A stretch of DNA of 64,000 nt from an archaeon. GTDB lineage: Archaea; Iainarchaeota; Iainarchaeia; Iainarchaeales; 0-14-0-20-34-12. The notes under the pieces are model-generated. The model had not been told where the DNA came from, searched no databases, and was given only the letters and a program-made list of their open reading frames with translations. This document shows, one piece after another, positions 47,012 to 56,582 of the stretch. How positions within the stretch are numbered: position 1 is the stretch's first letter; the number at the start of each line of letters is the position of its first letter. The translations under genes were made by a program, and so were the position numbers. The stretch is from assembly GCA_038046645.1 (NCBI GenBank), contig JBBSVU010000006.1, positions 10,304 to 74,303 on the forward strand. Direction: 5' to 3'.

Positions 47012-48259
47012 TTACTCTGCAGCAATAATTCTTGTTTTATTGCCTTCTTTTACATTGCCTTTCTTAATCCCGACAAGGAAATCCACATTGGATTCTTCGC
47101 AAGTATCCAATAATCTCTTTGTTATGATTCCATCGAAGACAACAGCCTTAATCCCCTTTTCTTTAGTAATGCTTTTTACCAAATCGCGGACATTTACTGT
47201 TTCTATTTCTTCATGTGCTGCATTTAGCAATTTTGCTGTCAGGCTTCCTTTTATTGAAGCCAGGATTGTTGGGAATTTGTCTGGCATTGGAGCTTCAACA
47301 GCAGCTGCTGTTTCAACAACCGGTTCGGCTGCTTGCTCTGTTAACCCTTCTGCTGGTCTTTCAAAGCTCTCAGGCCTTTCAATCCTTTCAGGTCTTGGTT
47401 CATATGATGGCCTGTATTCCGCTTGCTCATATCTTTCCCTTGGATTTTGGGCAGCAGCGAATTTCTTTCTTAAGGCCATTTCTATTTCCTTCCTTGTTAA
47501 TTCCTCTACTTCTTTGCCATCAGGTGCCCTAGCTATATAATCTATTTTTGCGGAACCCATCAATTTTCTGATTATTAAATCTCCGCCCCTGTCCCCATCT
47601 ATGAATGCTATCACTTGTTTCTTCTTTGCTAGTTCAGCAATGCTTGGTGGAATATTTCCGCCCTGCATCCCAACAACATTTTTGATGTTGTGCTTTAGCA
47701 TGTTCAAGACATCAGCCCTTCCTTCAACCAAAATTATTGAATCGCTTTCTTCAATTGAAGGGCCAGCAGGCAGCTTATCTTTGCCATAACTTGTTACTTG
47801 GCTTTTCTTTACTTCTTCCTTTACCCTATCTGCTATTTCAGTAGAGTCAGGCATTTCTTCATGCAATAATTTTTGCAATAAAGCAACAGCCCTTTGTGTA
47901 ATAAATTCTCTCTTCTTTGACCTCATATCCTGTATGCTCACTGCCTTGAATACTGATTTGTAAGGCCCTACCTTATCAACAGTTTCAATTGCTGCTGCAA
48001 GTATGCATGTTTCAACCATGTCCATTGAACTTGGTATGATTAAATCACCAAAAGTATTGCCTTCCTGCAATCTTTGGTTTATTTCAATCCTTCCAATCTT
48101 GCCAGAGTTTTGCAATTCCCTAAGGTCTAAATCCTCGCCAACAAGGCCTTCACTCTGACCAAATACTGCTCCAACAATATCGTGCTTTTCTACTATGCCC
48201 TCAATCCTGAAGTTTACCAAAACTTCATATTTGGCAGTATTAATATATGTTTTTGCCAT
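47012..48259 (-). CDS. dnaG: Archaeal DnaG-like primase (Toprim domain)
   Basis: Toprim motifs ILVEGRADVLNML and IAFIDGDRGGD. N-terminal pattern conserved in archaeal DnaG. Confidence 0.8.
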   Translation of the reverse strand: MAKTYINTAKYEVLVNFRIEGIVEKHDIVGAVFGQSEGLVGEDLDLRELQNSGKIGRIEINQRLQEGNTFGDLIIPSSMDMVETCILAAAIETVDKVGPYKSVFKAVSIQDMRSKKREFITQRAVALLQKLLHEEMPDSTEIADRVKEEVKKSQVTSYGKDKLPAGPSIEESDSIILVEGRADVLNMLKHNIKNVVGMQGGNIPPSIAELAKKKQVIAFIDGDRGGDLIIRKLMGSAKIDYIARAPDGKEVEELTRKEIEMALRKKFAAAQNPRERYEQAEYRPSYEPRPERIERPESFERPAEGLTEQAAEPVVETAAAVEAPMPDKFPTILASIKGSLTAKLLNAAHEEIETVNVRDLVKSITKEKGIKAVVFDGIITKRLLDTCEESNVDFLVGIKKGNVKEGNKTRIIAAE

Positions 48260-48328
48260 AAATTCACCTTTTTTGTATATTATTCAAACTTTACTTCAGA
48301 TAAAAAATTAATTTTACAAAAGTAAAAT

Positions 48329-48592
48329 TTATTCTAGAGAATTAGAGTTTAATTTTAAGGAATTTAACATATCCGCAGTACAATCAAGGCCAATGGCCTT
48401 GTTCTTGCTTGTTTTTCCTTTTAAAATCCTTACTTCACAATTACAAAGCTTCCGCAATTCCTTAACAAGCTCAAGATTTGCCTTGCCCTCTTCAGGCCTT
48501 GATTTCAGATGAATTTTAAATAAATCCTTATCAGAATCAAAGCAAATCCCAAAGCCTTTGCTGTTAGGAATCACTTTAGCGTTAATTATCAT
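48329..48592 (-). CDS. DUF167/YggU-family protein (UPF0235)
   Basis: Size and sequence pattern. Confidence 0.55.
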   Translation of the reverse strand: MIINAKVIPNSKGFGICFDSDKDLFKIHLKSRPEEGKANLELVKELRKLCNCEVRILKGKTSKNKAIGLDCTADMLNSLKLNSNSLE

Positions 48593-48710
48593 AGATATTA
48601 AGAATGATCAATTAAACTCTAAATCTTCCAATAAACATTACAGTGCTAGACACTGATTTATATATGTTTATAATTACTCCCTATTACATTCAATTAAAAA
48701 AGGTATTCTA

Positions 48711-49103
48711 ATGGCCTATTACGACAAAGGAGCTAATGCAGAAAGGGAATTGCTTTATTTATTTGCAGAAAGAGGCTTTTCCGTGGTTAGATCTGCAGGA
48801 TCTGGCAAAATAGACCTTCCAACGCCAGATATAGTTGCAATGAGCCCCCGAAATCAGTATGCTATAGAATGCAAGGCACAAGCTGGTGCCTATTTGAATA
48901 TAAAGAATGAGCAGATGTTTGAGCTTATAAAATGGGCAAAGAATGCCTGCATTGACTTGTGTATTGCATGGAAGATTACAAGCAAGGGTTGGCGTTTCCT
49001 AAAGCCTGAACAATTCAAGCAGAACAAGAAAGGTTTTTTGATCTCAAAAGATGATGCTTTGGAAAACGGCCTTTCGCTGGAAGATTTTATCAGGCAGAAC
49101 TAA
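48711..49103 (+). CDS. hjc: Holliday junction resolvase Hjc
   Basis: GANAERELLYLFAERGFSVVRSAGSG...DIVAM...AIECKA nuclease fold signature. Confidence 0.8.
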   Translation: MAYYDKGANAERELLYLFAERGFSVVRSAGSGKIDLPTPDIVAMSPRNQYAIECKAQAGAYLNIKNEQMFELIKWAKNACIDLCIAWKITSKGWRFLKPEQFKQNKKGFLISKDDALENGLSLEDFIRQN

Positions 49104-49181
49104 CTTTGCAATTTCTCAGATGTGCTTAATCAGCCCTAATTTTTATGTGCTTGGTCTTCCCCCTTTACTTATAAAAATTGA

Positions 49182-50138
49182 TTGATTCCCCTATTTTATA
49201 TGCCAAACCTGAGGAGATTTTTTTCAGGGAAAAAGCCAAAATCTTTGCCGTCCGGCGTTTCAAAAAAAGACAGGCAGAGATATAAAAGCCTGAAAGGCAG
49301 AAGGATTCCAAAAAGACCTTCTGTGGGGGGGGCAAAATTGGAAAAAGGTCTTTCCCTGGCAACAAGAACAAAATTATTGGCCCCGAAGATTGAAGAATTT
49401 CTGCGAGGAAAAACCAAAGGTAGGAATCTTCTTTATGCTGATACTCTTAGCTGGTCTCTTCGACGCGTTCTATTTACTATTTTTGAAACAGTTGGTGAAG
49501 GTTTGCCAAGGGAAGTTTTTGACAGATCATTACCTGAAATATTCGCTCAAGCCGTTAGGCAGAAAGGAATAAGGTCAATTGCTGAAGTAGGTGCAGGAGA
49601 AACAGGAATTTTGACCGAAGCAAATGATTTGCTTGGGAAATCTAGAGTAAAAAGATATTCTGTTGGTGGAATGTCTGATCGTGAAAAATCTGCTTGCCGA
49701 AGATTGGGCATTGAAGTTATTCCAGAATATGCGGGGGATTTATCTAGAAGACATAAAGGAAAATGTGATCTCATAGTCGCAAGCAATGTATTCAGTTTTG
49801 GTGGTTCAGATGCCGGAGTTGGTAGTAATTCAATGAATAGGGCTTTTCTACAAAATACTAAAGCAGTTGTTGATTTGATTAAAACTTTAAGCAATAACCC
49901 AAATGCAAGGATTGTTTTGACAGAAGCAGAAGATTGTTTATTATTAGCTAGAAAAGAAATTGAGAGATATGCTAGAGTTGAAAGATGGCAACAAACAGAT
50001 ATGCCCAATGCACGTTATATTAGGGATCCTTTTTTCATAGAATTAAATGCAAGAAAAGCAGGCGGTCCTGCCCTTGCAAGAAAAATGAAAGAAGCACCAA
50101 ATATTGTTGTGCTTGCCCCACCACGTAAAATTCAATGA
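49182..50138 (+). CDS. Putative class I SAM-dependent methyltransferase with ~120-aa Lys/Arg/Pro-rich N-terminal extension
   Basis: Motif I IAEVGAGETG and motif II CDLIVASNVF. Locally higher GC than flanks. The start codon is uncertain. Confidence 0.45.
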   Translation: MIPLFYMPNLRRFFSGKKPKSLPSGVSKKDRQRYKSLKGRRIPKRPSVGGAKLEKGLSLATRTKLLAPKIEEFLRGKTKGRNLLYADTLSWSLRRVLFTIFETVGEGLPREVFDRSLPEIFAQAVRQKGIRSIAEVGAGETGILTEANDLLGKSRVKRYSVGGMSDREKSACRRLGIEVIPEYAGDLSRRHKGKCDLIVASNVFSFGGSDAGVGSNSMNRAFLQNTKAVVDLIKTLSNNPNARIVLTEAEDCLLLARKEIERYARVERWQQTDMPNARYIRDPFFIELNARKAGGPALARKMKEAPNIVVLAPPRKIQ

Positions 50139-50224
50139 ATTTTAAATGGAAAGAAAAAATAAACCCAAGAGTTTACTAATTTCAGCAAGTTAAAATAAAA
50201 GCTATTTGTTACTAGTTTTTTATA

Positions 50225-50378
50225 TGAACAAAATAAAATGTATTTGTGGAAAAGCAGCCAATCAAAAAGATTTCAATATCCAAGGTTTTCAAGTAAAAGG
50301 CTGGCAGTGCCCAAGTTGCAAAAGGATTGAATATTCAGATGATATAAATAAAGTTTTGGTTATTCAAAAAGCGTAGAA
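50225..50378 (+). CDS. Small zinc-ribbon protein (51 aa; CICG...CPSC), not in ORF track
   Basis: Hand translation showing a CxC...CxxC pattern. Confidence 0.3.
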
Positions 50379-50486
50379 AATTATTGAATGTACTTTCTTA
50401 GCATCTATTTCTTTTTTAGCAATAGTTTCTTTTCTCTTGCAGACCTATTTTCTCTTTTCTTTTTTAAAGAAAAGAGAAAACGGTAA

Positions 50487-50589
50487 CGAGCCCGCTGGGA
50501 TTCGAACCCAGGACACCCAGATTAAGAGTTTCACCTCATGTTATAATCAAATAACAGAACTGGTGCTCTGCCAACTGAGCTACGGGCCC
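50487..50589 (-). tRNA. tRNA-Lys (CTT) with 30-nt intron at a non-canonical position (within the 5' strand of the anticodon stem, ~30/31)
   Basis: The exons reproduce the tRNA-Lys(TTT) body exactly (GGGCCCGTAGCTCAGTTGGCAGAGCAC...). Anticodon arm CCAG|intron|A-CTCTTAA-TCTGG. Confidence 0.7.
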
Positions 50590-50633
50590 ATTGCACAAAA
50601 TACCTTTTCTGGGTAGTGTTTAAAAATAGAACT

Positions 50634-50819
50634 TTAGTGCTTTGATTCCTTGTTCATTGCCTTTTCCTTTTCTTCCTCATCAAGCAAAGATTTCACTTTT
50701 TTCAGGCGTTCTATGGCTTCCTTAATTAAGACCCTTCTTCTTACGCTGTTTTCAGCCAAAGACCTTCTTTCCAATTCAACAATAATCTGCTCTAATTCAA
50801 GAAACATCATAGAAATCAA
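50634..50819 (-). CDS. Small coiled-coil hypothetical protein (61 aa)
   Basis: ORF only. Confidence 0.2.
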   Translation of the reverse strand: MISMMFLELEQIIVELERRSLAENSVRRRVLIKEAIERLKKVKSLLDEEEKEKAMNKESKH

Positions 50820-50865
50820 TATCAGTATAATAAAACAGAACTTTTAAATAATCACTCTTTTGAAT

Positions 50866-51420
50866 CTAATGCAATAACAATCTCCTGCTTAATCTTGCAG
50901 TTTTGGCACCAACAGCTTCTTTTCTTTTTTTAAACTCGCTCACTTCTTTTGGTTTAAAATAGGATACATCGGTTCTGGCGTGTGCGGATAAATTATAGTC
51001 ACCCTTTAAAACAATAATTCCTATTGAAGGAAAATTTTTTCTTAATCTCTCCATCGCTTCTGCACAACACCGCTCTTTATATAATCCTGCTAAAAGAACC
51101 CTTGTTGGGGCAATTCCTAATTCAGCACAGCGAGCTTCCATATTTTTTGGCTCTTCTGTGCCGTGCAGCAAATGAAATCTTCCTTTTTCAATTCCCATTC
51201 TTTTGAAAAAGCGGTCCATTCTTTTTTCTTGGTACTCATTAATAACTTCCCAAAAAACAGGCAAATTATGTTCTCCTGCAAACCTTAAAAGTTTTTCAAT
51301 TTTCTTTAAATGGTTAAGGTCTTTAGCTTCGAGCGGGTGGTTAATTACCTCTGGTTCTGGTTTTTGTGAAGGGCTATGCACTATGTAAACAACAGGGCCT
51401 TTGTAATTTGCAGTTGTCAT
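50866..51420 (-). CDS. Isochorismatase-like cysteine hydrolase family protein (tentative)
   Basis: VLLAGLYKERCCAEAMERLRKNFPSIGIIVLKGD resembles the isochorismatase-fold C-terminal strand-helix with catalytic Cys. Confidence 0.4.
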   Translation of the reverse strand: MTTANYKGPVVYIVHSPSQKPEPEVINHPLEAKDLNHLKKIEKLLRFAGEHNLPVFWEVINEYQEKRMDRFFKRMGIEKGRFHLLHGTEEPKNMEARCAELGIAPTRVLLAGLYKERCCAEAMERLRKNFPSIGIIVLKGDYNLSAHARTDVSYFKPKEVSEFKKRKEAVGAKTARLSRRLLLH

Positions 51421-51501
51421 ACTTGAATAAGCAGCATAAAATTAAAAAGAACCTTGATTTTCTGAAGTTCAAATTCAGTTGGATGAACTAAGTAAAATAT
51501 G

Positions 51502-52161
51502 TTACATCAAGGTAGCAACAAATAACAGTGTAATGCCGATAAGCGCCATTATTACTGTGACTATTATTGAATCCATAGTCATTGCCTGGCTGTTTGTAAA
51601 AAACATGTATAAAGCACCTAAGCAGAATATTAATCCAAGTGCTATTAATCCCAAGGAAATAAATTTATTTCTTGACCCTACTCCCTTAACCTTCATCTCT
51701 TCCATGTCTTTTTCAATTGTATTAATCCTTAAGCCTAATTCATTTAACGCATTTTTTGTCCTGTCTGTCAAATCTGTTACTGCTCGTATATTTTCGCCCA
51801 TCTGCTGCTGGAATGTCTTGCTCTGCCCTGTAATATTCTTTTCATAATCTTCCAAGTCTTTCATTACCTCAGAACTCACTTTCTTTTTCATATCCTTGCT
51901 TACAACTTCAGATTGATCCTGCAAATATTTTATTATTTTTGGCTTTTCATTATCCATATCTGTTGAAACAATTTTGCTGATTTCATTTCTCAATAATGCA
52001 AAGGTGTCTGCCTGCCCTAATAAAAGAAGCCTTTTTGCCTTTTCAGGCTCTACCCCCAAAGATTGCAATGTTTGTATTATTTTTTCTTCAGATTCCCCTT
52101 CCTTTACCATATCTTGGATTATTTGGATAATGCTTGACTCCTTTTGTTCTTTTGCAGCCAT
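51502..52161 (-). CDS. Hypothetical protein with C-terminal transmembrane helices
   Basis: ORF with a hydrophobic C-terminus. Confidence 0.45.
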   Translation of the reverse strand: MAAKEQKESSIIQIIQDMVKEGESEEKIIQTLQSLGVEPEKAKRLLLLGQADTFALLRNEISKIVSTDMDNEKPKIIKYLQDQSEVVSKDMKKKVSSEVMKDLEDYEKNITGQSKTFQQQMGENIRAVTDLTDRTKNALNELGLRINTIEKDMEEMKVKGVGSRNKFISLGLIALGLIFCLGALYMFFTNSQAMTMDSIIVTVIMALIGITLLFVATLM

Positions 52162-52814
52162 TATTCAATCACCGTTTCTATTTTCAATTCCTTTATAGTA
52201 TCTAGTACCTTTACTTTAAATATTATCTGTGCAGTTCCTTTTCCTATTGCTGTGAATTCAAATTCTTCAGTAACGCATTTCCCTTCTTCTTTAGTGATTA
52301 ACCTATCTAACGAGCCGTCATTATCAATATTTGAGTCATCAGCTTCCAGCAGTTTTTCATCAATGTTTATTTCAATCTCCCCTTCTTCCATTTCATCCGA
52401 GCATATTTCTAAGTATATTTTAAAATTCATCCCTGATTTAACCATCTTAGGGTAATTAGCGCTTAGGTTTAAAGGGATGCCAGCCTCCATTTTTATTATG
52501 GCAGTGCTTACAGGCACATGCCAAGGGGCAGAAGCAGTTATTTTGGCAATATTTTTAGGCATATCAATTTCTTTCTTTTCTAACGGCTTTAACTCTTCAA
52601 TAAAGCCTATTTTATTTCCTTTTTCGTCTAAAATATCAATGTTTTTTATCAAATGTGAGGTGGTGTTGCTGATGAATAATTTTTCCCCTGCTGAAGTAAC
52701 TTCCCTGTCTAGTTTTAGCCCGCTATTAAAAAAAAGCAGAAGCAGAAAAATTGCTATGAATATGGCATAAATTATCCCGAAAAAAAAGATCACTCTTTTT
52801 TTATTCTCAAGCAT
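52161..52814 (-). CDS. Hypothetical membrane-anchored protein
   Basis: N-terminal transmembrane segment. Acidic C-terminal region. Confidence 0.45.
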   Translation of the reverse strand: MLENKKRVIFFFGIIYAIFIAIFLLLLFFNSGLKLDREVTSAGEKLFISNTTSHLIKNIDILDEKGNKIGFIEELKPLEKKEIDMPKNIAKITASAPWHVPVSTAIIKMEAGIPLNLSANYPKMVKSGMNFKIYLEICSDEMEEGEIEINIDEKLLEADDSNIDNDGSLDRLITKEEGKCVTEEFEFTAIGKGTAQIIFKVKVLDTIKELKIETVIE

Positions 52815-52886
52815 ACTATGCTAATAGATATTCTTTTAATAAAGTTAACCGTGCAAATGAGAAATCTAAATTTTTTAAAAATATTT

Positions 52887-53363
52887 TTAGCAGTCAGCAG
52901 CATTTGCCAACTGTTTTAATGTATATTCTCCTTTCAATATCTGGCCATTTATTGCCCAAGTAGGATAGTCTGAAATATTTGCTTTTTCACATTCATTAGA
53001 AAGTTCTATGCCAGTAATACATTCGATATAATTAATGTGTACAAAAGCGCTTCCAAATGCTTCTTTCTGGCTTACCGTATGTTTACTCCAATTTGCGCCA
53101 TATAATTTCGCATTCTTACTGCCTAAACACACTGCAATATCCGTATTTGCAATCTCTATTGTTTCAGGTGATTCTTCAAGTATATCTTCCTGAAATTCAG
53201 TTTGTGTTTTGTTGCTGCCAGCATCAAGCCATATTGCTGCCAATCCCCGTAATCCACTGCCGGCTAGGGGATTTGCCTTATTGGATAGGCTCATAAATCC
53301 AAAAGCCACAATCAGCAAAACAAAAATCCAGAAGGCTTTGCTTAATACAAATCTCTCAAACAT
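52887..53363 (-). CDS. Membrane-anchored thioredoxin-fold protein (VKOR-associated Trx-like) with degenerate active site (WSKHT instead of WCxxC)
   Basis: LYGANWSKHTVSQKEAFG...YPTWAINGQ resembles the Trx-like domain partnered with VKOR. Confidence 0.45.
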   Translation of the reverse strand: MFERFVLSKAFWIFVLLIVAFGFMSLSNKANPLAGSGLRGLAAIWLDAGSNKTQTEFQEDILEESPETIEIANTDIAVCLGSKNAKLYGANWSKHTVSQKEAFGSAFVHINYIECITGIELSNECEKANISDYPTWAINGQILKGEYTLKQLANAADC

Positions 53364-53373
53364 GGTTTACTCA

Positions 53374-53751
53374 TTATATTAATTTGAGATTGCCAGTGAT
53401 TTTATCTATATCTATCTCAGGCACAGGGCCTATGGCAAAGCAGGTCTTTGTCCCTGCAATAATTTGGGTTCTTCCAGCATCAGTAATTAGTGCTGGCATT
53501 CCCTGAAACCTTTTCTTAACAGCTTCAAACATCTCAAGCAATTCCTTTTCGCTTCCAACCTTTAAAACAACCTTTTCTTGGCCAGAATTTTTCCAAGCAT
53601 CAACCCATTCAGGCTCTTTATTCAATGCCTTTTCATATGCCCCCAAAGATGCATGCGAAGATTGCGCAGCTAATTTCCCTTTACCCATCTTCAAATCTGC
53701 CCTTATTACAATTACCTGCTTGAAGTTCATTATTAAATCAAATACAAACAA
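53374..53751 (-). CDS. pth2: Peptidyl-tRNA hydrolase, archaeal Pth2 type
   Basis: KQVIVIRADLKMGKGKLAAQSSHA signature. About 120 aa. Confidence 0.85.
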   Translation of the reverse strand: MFVFDLIMNFKQVIVIRADLKMGKGKLAAQSSHASLGAYEKALNKEPEWVDAWKNSGQEKVVLKVGSEKELLEMFEAVKKRFQGMPALITDAGRTQIIAGTKTCFAIGPVPEIDIDKITGNLKLI

Positions 53752-53900
53752 TAATAAAAATAGATTGATTTATTAGGACAAGTAACAAAAGAGGCAGAAA
53801 GAGCAGTTGTAATAATGTAGCCGCATGAAGAATAACAAGCCCAATCCCTAATTCAGAACCTTCCATTACTTTAAAAAATTCTTTTATTGCTGTTTTTATT

Positions 53901-55202
53901 ATGGTTACAAGGCGAAGATTAGGTATTAAACATAACTCATTGCTCACATGGCGTTCGATTGATAAGGAAAGATTAGTTCACAGGCCTAACGTAAAGATAT
54001 GCTCTAAGCAGATTAGTGTTTCTTTTTTGGAATGGCTGAAGCATTTAGAATCTCCTTACACTTTTCTCAGCAGATTAAAAGCAGAAAAGAAAGGCGAGAA
54101 ATATTTAAGGCCAAAATCTGAAAAGCAAAGGAAAGAGGATTTGGTCCAATTGGAAAAATTTTGGTATGTTACCAAAGGAAGGGTATTGCTAGGGAAATTG
54201 TTTGCGGACAAGGATTTGACTGAAGCAGGGATTGCTAAGGAGATGTCTAGGCAGGGCTTTAAGATGAGCCGTGAATTTGTCAGGCAAATAAAGGTTGCAT
54301 GGCAGCTTGAAAGGGATACTCGGTTTACCCGTGCCACAAGAACCCGTAAAAAAGTGCTTGATCTTATTAAAGAACATCCTACTTGGTCTTTTAAAAAAAT
54401 TGGTGCAGAGGCAGGAATTGGCACTGAGTATGCTTCTCATATTGTCCAGTCAGCCGGAGTAAAGAAACCCCCTGCAGGAAGGGTTTCCCCAGAAGAGCGT
54501 GCTGCCAGAGAAAACTTTTTGTACTCTGCTGGCATTGAGTTTTCTGGGCCTGTTCGCACGCCTTCAATTAAGATGAAGGCGCATGCAATTCACATGTATA
54601 CTAAGTATCGTGATAATGATGGCAACAATTTTGTTGTTCGGCATTATAACCCTTTTTTGAAGTTGACTTCTGGCAAGGTTGATACATCTATTAGGATTTT
54701 GGATAAATATGGTGTGGACTGGAGAGATGATGATAAGGGTTTATGGCGATTGATTAGTAACAGTACTTCTACGCTTAGGGCTAGATTGGGATTGTTTGAA
54801 TTGCTTGGAGTCTCTCCTGAATTACATTATTTGCTAATCTGTAACTTTCGTAATGGAATTAGGCATTTTAACCAGGAGGGTTTTGCTTCAATGCGCGAAG
54901 CCGTTGTTTCCCATAATATTCCTGTGCTGAAAAATTTTGTTAGAGGAACTTGTAATAAAATGCTGAATAGAAGTGCAAGACCCCCTAATGCAGATTTTTT
55001 TGAAGCTGCTGAAAACGCCTTTGTTACTGTAATGAGCGAATGCAAGCATCCTGAAAAACACCCTGCGGCTTTTCTTACATTAGTTTCTCATGCTATAGGT
55101 GATGCCTTAAATAAAGAGGCAATACATTTTGCTAGGACAAGCTCAATAGAAGATTTTACTGATATTCCTTCTGATGGAACAAGGCCAAGGAGAAAATTAT
55201 AA
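53901..55202 (+). CDS. HTH-containing protein with C-terminal sigma-70 region-2-like segment; paralogue of 22858..24051
   Basis: HTH-like GIAKEMSRQGFKMSREFVRQIK and IGAEAGIGTEYASHIVQ. C-terminal DFFEAAENAFVTVMSECKHPEKHPAAFLTLVSHAIGDAL and a shared IPSDG motif. Lys/Arg-rich N-terminus. Confidence 0.45.
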   Translation: MVTRRRLGIKHNSLLTWRSIDKERLVHRPNVKICSKQISVSFLEWLKHLESPYTFLSRLKAEKKGEKYLRPKSEKQRKEDLVQLEKFWYVTKGRVLLGKLFADKDLTEAGIAKEMSRQGFKMSREFVRQIKVAWQLERDTRFTRATRTRKKVLDLIKEHPTWSFKKIGAEAGIGTEYASHIVQSAGVKKPPAGRVSPEERAARENFLYSAGIEFSGPVRTPSIKMKAHAIHMYTKYRDNDGNNFVVRHYNPFLKLTSGKVDTSIRILDKYGVDWRDDDKGLWRLISNSTSTLRARLGLFELLGVSPELHYLLICNFRNGIRHFNQEGFASMREAVVSHNIPVLKNFVRGTCNKMLNRSARPPNADFFEAAENAFVTVMSECKHPEKHPAAFLTLVSHAIGDALNKEAIHFARTSSIEDFTDIPSDGTRPRRKL

Positions 55203-55610
55203 AGCAATTCCCTTAAAATTTTTATAAAAAATTTAGTGAAAAGTGAGGACGGAATAGGGAAATTTTTTTTCACTGAGAACTCACTTCCATAAGCTTTAAA
55301 AACATCTTTTCCAGATTTTCTTATATGGAATTTGTTTTTTCAAAAAAAGAAATTTCTTTCAACAGAGAACTGTCTTTTCTTGACAGGTTTGTGTTGAAGT
55401 TCACCAAATTACTTGAAAAGCATAAAATTGACTATGTGATTATTTCAGGTTATATTGCAATTTTGTTTGTAGGGAAAAGTTAAAATAAAATTTACCTTAA
55501 TAATCTATTTTTGTAGACTAAACAAATAGTATCCCACTTGCCTTATACCCCCGTTTTTATTTATTATGTATTCTATTCTATTTTTATTTATTCTGCATTT
55601 TATTTAACAT

Positions 55611-56501
55611 ATGCCTGTATTAAAAAAACCCGCACCAAGGCCAAGAAGGCCTTTTGCTGAAATAACCGAATCAAGAAAAGGCCCTCTGAATGTAGCGCTT
55701 GCTGATTTTTATGACGAACATGGCAGATGGGTAAAAAGAAAATCAAAGGTAACGGTAGGGGGCAGATTAGTAGAGAGGCGCAAGCACACTGTTGATAAGG
55801 AAGGGCCTAAATATATACAAGATGTTTATTCTGACAAAGGTAAGCTTATTGGTTCTATCATAACCCAAAGAGAACCTGCTTTTGATTTAAATAGAGGGGA
55901 AGACAGGTTTCATCTTGAGGTTAAGGATAAAAGGCGTGGTCAGATTAGAACAATAGATGCAATACACAAAGGAAAATTTGAAGATGTAAATATTGCCCAT
56001 TTAAATGAATGGCTTTCAGCCGAAATATTAGATATGCCTATATTTGATAGGCCTATTTTTGATAAGCCTGATTTTGCAAGAAATCTTGCAACTGCATTAA
56101 CTAGGGCTCCATATTTTTTCTTTGAAAACTTTTCAGATGCAAGAATGGAAGAATTTGCAAGGTATGTTGCTGAACATAAATACGAATTTATGTCCGGCAT
56201 AAGCAAAAATCCCGACGGTTTTTGGAATTCTTTGCATAAACATAAATATGCTTTTGCAAAAAACCTTGAGCGTTTCTTGTTGGAAGGCCATATAGAAAGG
56301 GATAACGCCCTGATGATTGCATTTAAATTAAGTGGCGTAAATCTGGCTGGTGAAGGAAGGTTAGCGCCTGCAATAAGGCGCAGTATGCGGCAAGAGGAAA
56401 TTGATAAACAAGCAAGAGCCAATGCTGAACAAAGAAGATTATTGCAAGAAGCAGAAAGGGCTGTTGTAATAAAACCGCCATCCAAGCAACCAAAAAAGTA
56501 A
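55611..56501 (+). CDS. Hypothetical protein (Pro/Arg-rich N-terminus MPVLKKPAPRPRRP; FDRPIFDKPDF repeat)
   Basis: ORF with coding-like composition. No known domain recognised. Confidence 0.45.
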   Translation: MPVLKKPAPRPRRPFAEITESRKGPLNVALADFYDEHGRWVKRKSKVTVGGRLVERRKHTVDKEGPKYIQDVYSDKGKLIGSIITQREPAFDLNRGEDRFHLEVKDKRRGQIRTIDAIHKGKFEDVNIAHLNEWLSAEILDMPIFDRPIFDKPDFARNLATALTRAPYFFFENFSDARMEEFARYVAEHKYEFMSGISKNPDGFWNSLHKHKYAFAKNLERFLLEGHIERDNALMIAFKLSGVNLAGEGRLAPAIRRSMRQEEIDKQARANAEQRRLLQEAERAVVIKPPSKQPKK

Positions 56502-56522
56502 CCTTATTTTTATTTGCAAACT

Positions 56523-56558
56523 TTCACAGGAAATCTACTCTCTCCATTTGTTTATAAA
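56523..56558 (+). promoter_or_regulatory. Promoter cassette copy: TTCACAGGAAATCTACTCT + 9 nt + TTTATAAA, 24 nt before ATG 56583
   Basis: Same motif and spacing as 45510, 58794 and 63964. Confidence 0.55.
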
Positions 56559-56582
56559 CCCCAAATTCTCTTTTATTTCAGA

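Noticed and set aside
47040-47540. 166-aa and 105-aa plus-strand ORFs
   Set aside because: Antisense to dnaG. Low-complexity Leu/Ser-rich.
54056-55273. Minus-strand ORFs of 61-122 aa inside 53901-55202
   Set aside because: Antisense to the longer ORF, which has coding-like composition. They are short and unsupported.
55326-55484. 52-aa plus-strand ORF (MEFVFSKKEISFNRELSFLDRFVLKFTKLLEKHKIDYVIISGYIAILFVGKS) in the 55.2-55.6 kb gap
   Set aside because: Too short, with no motif and no RBS or TATA evidence. It may be a fragment.
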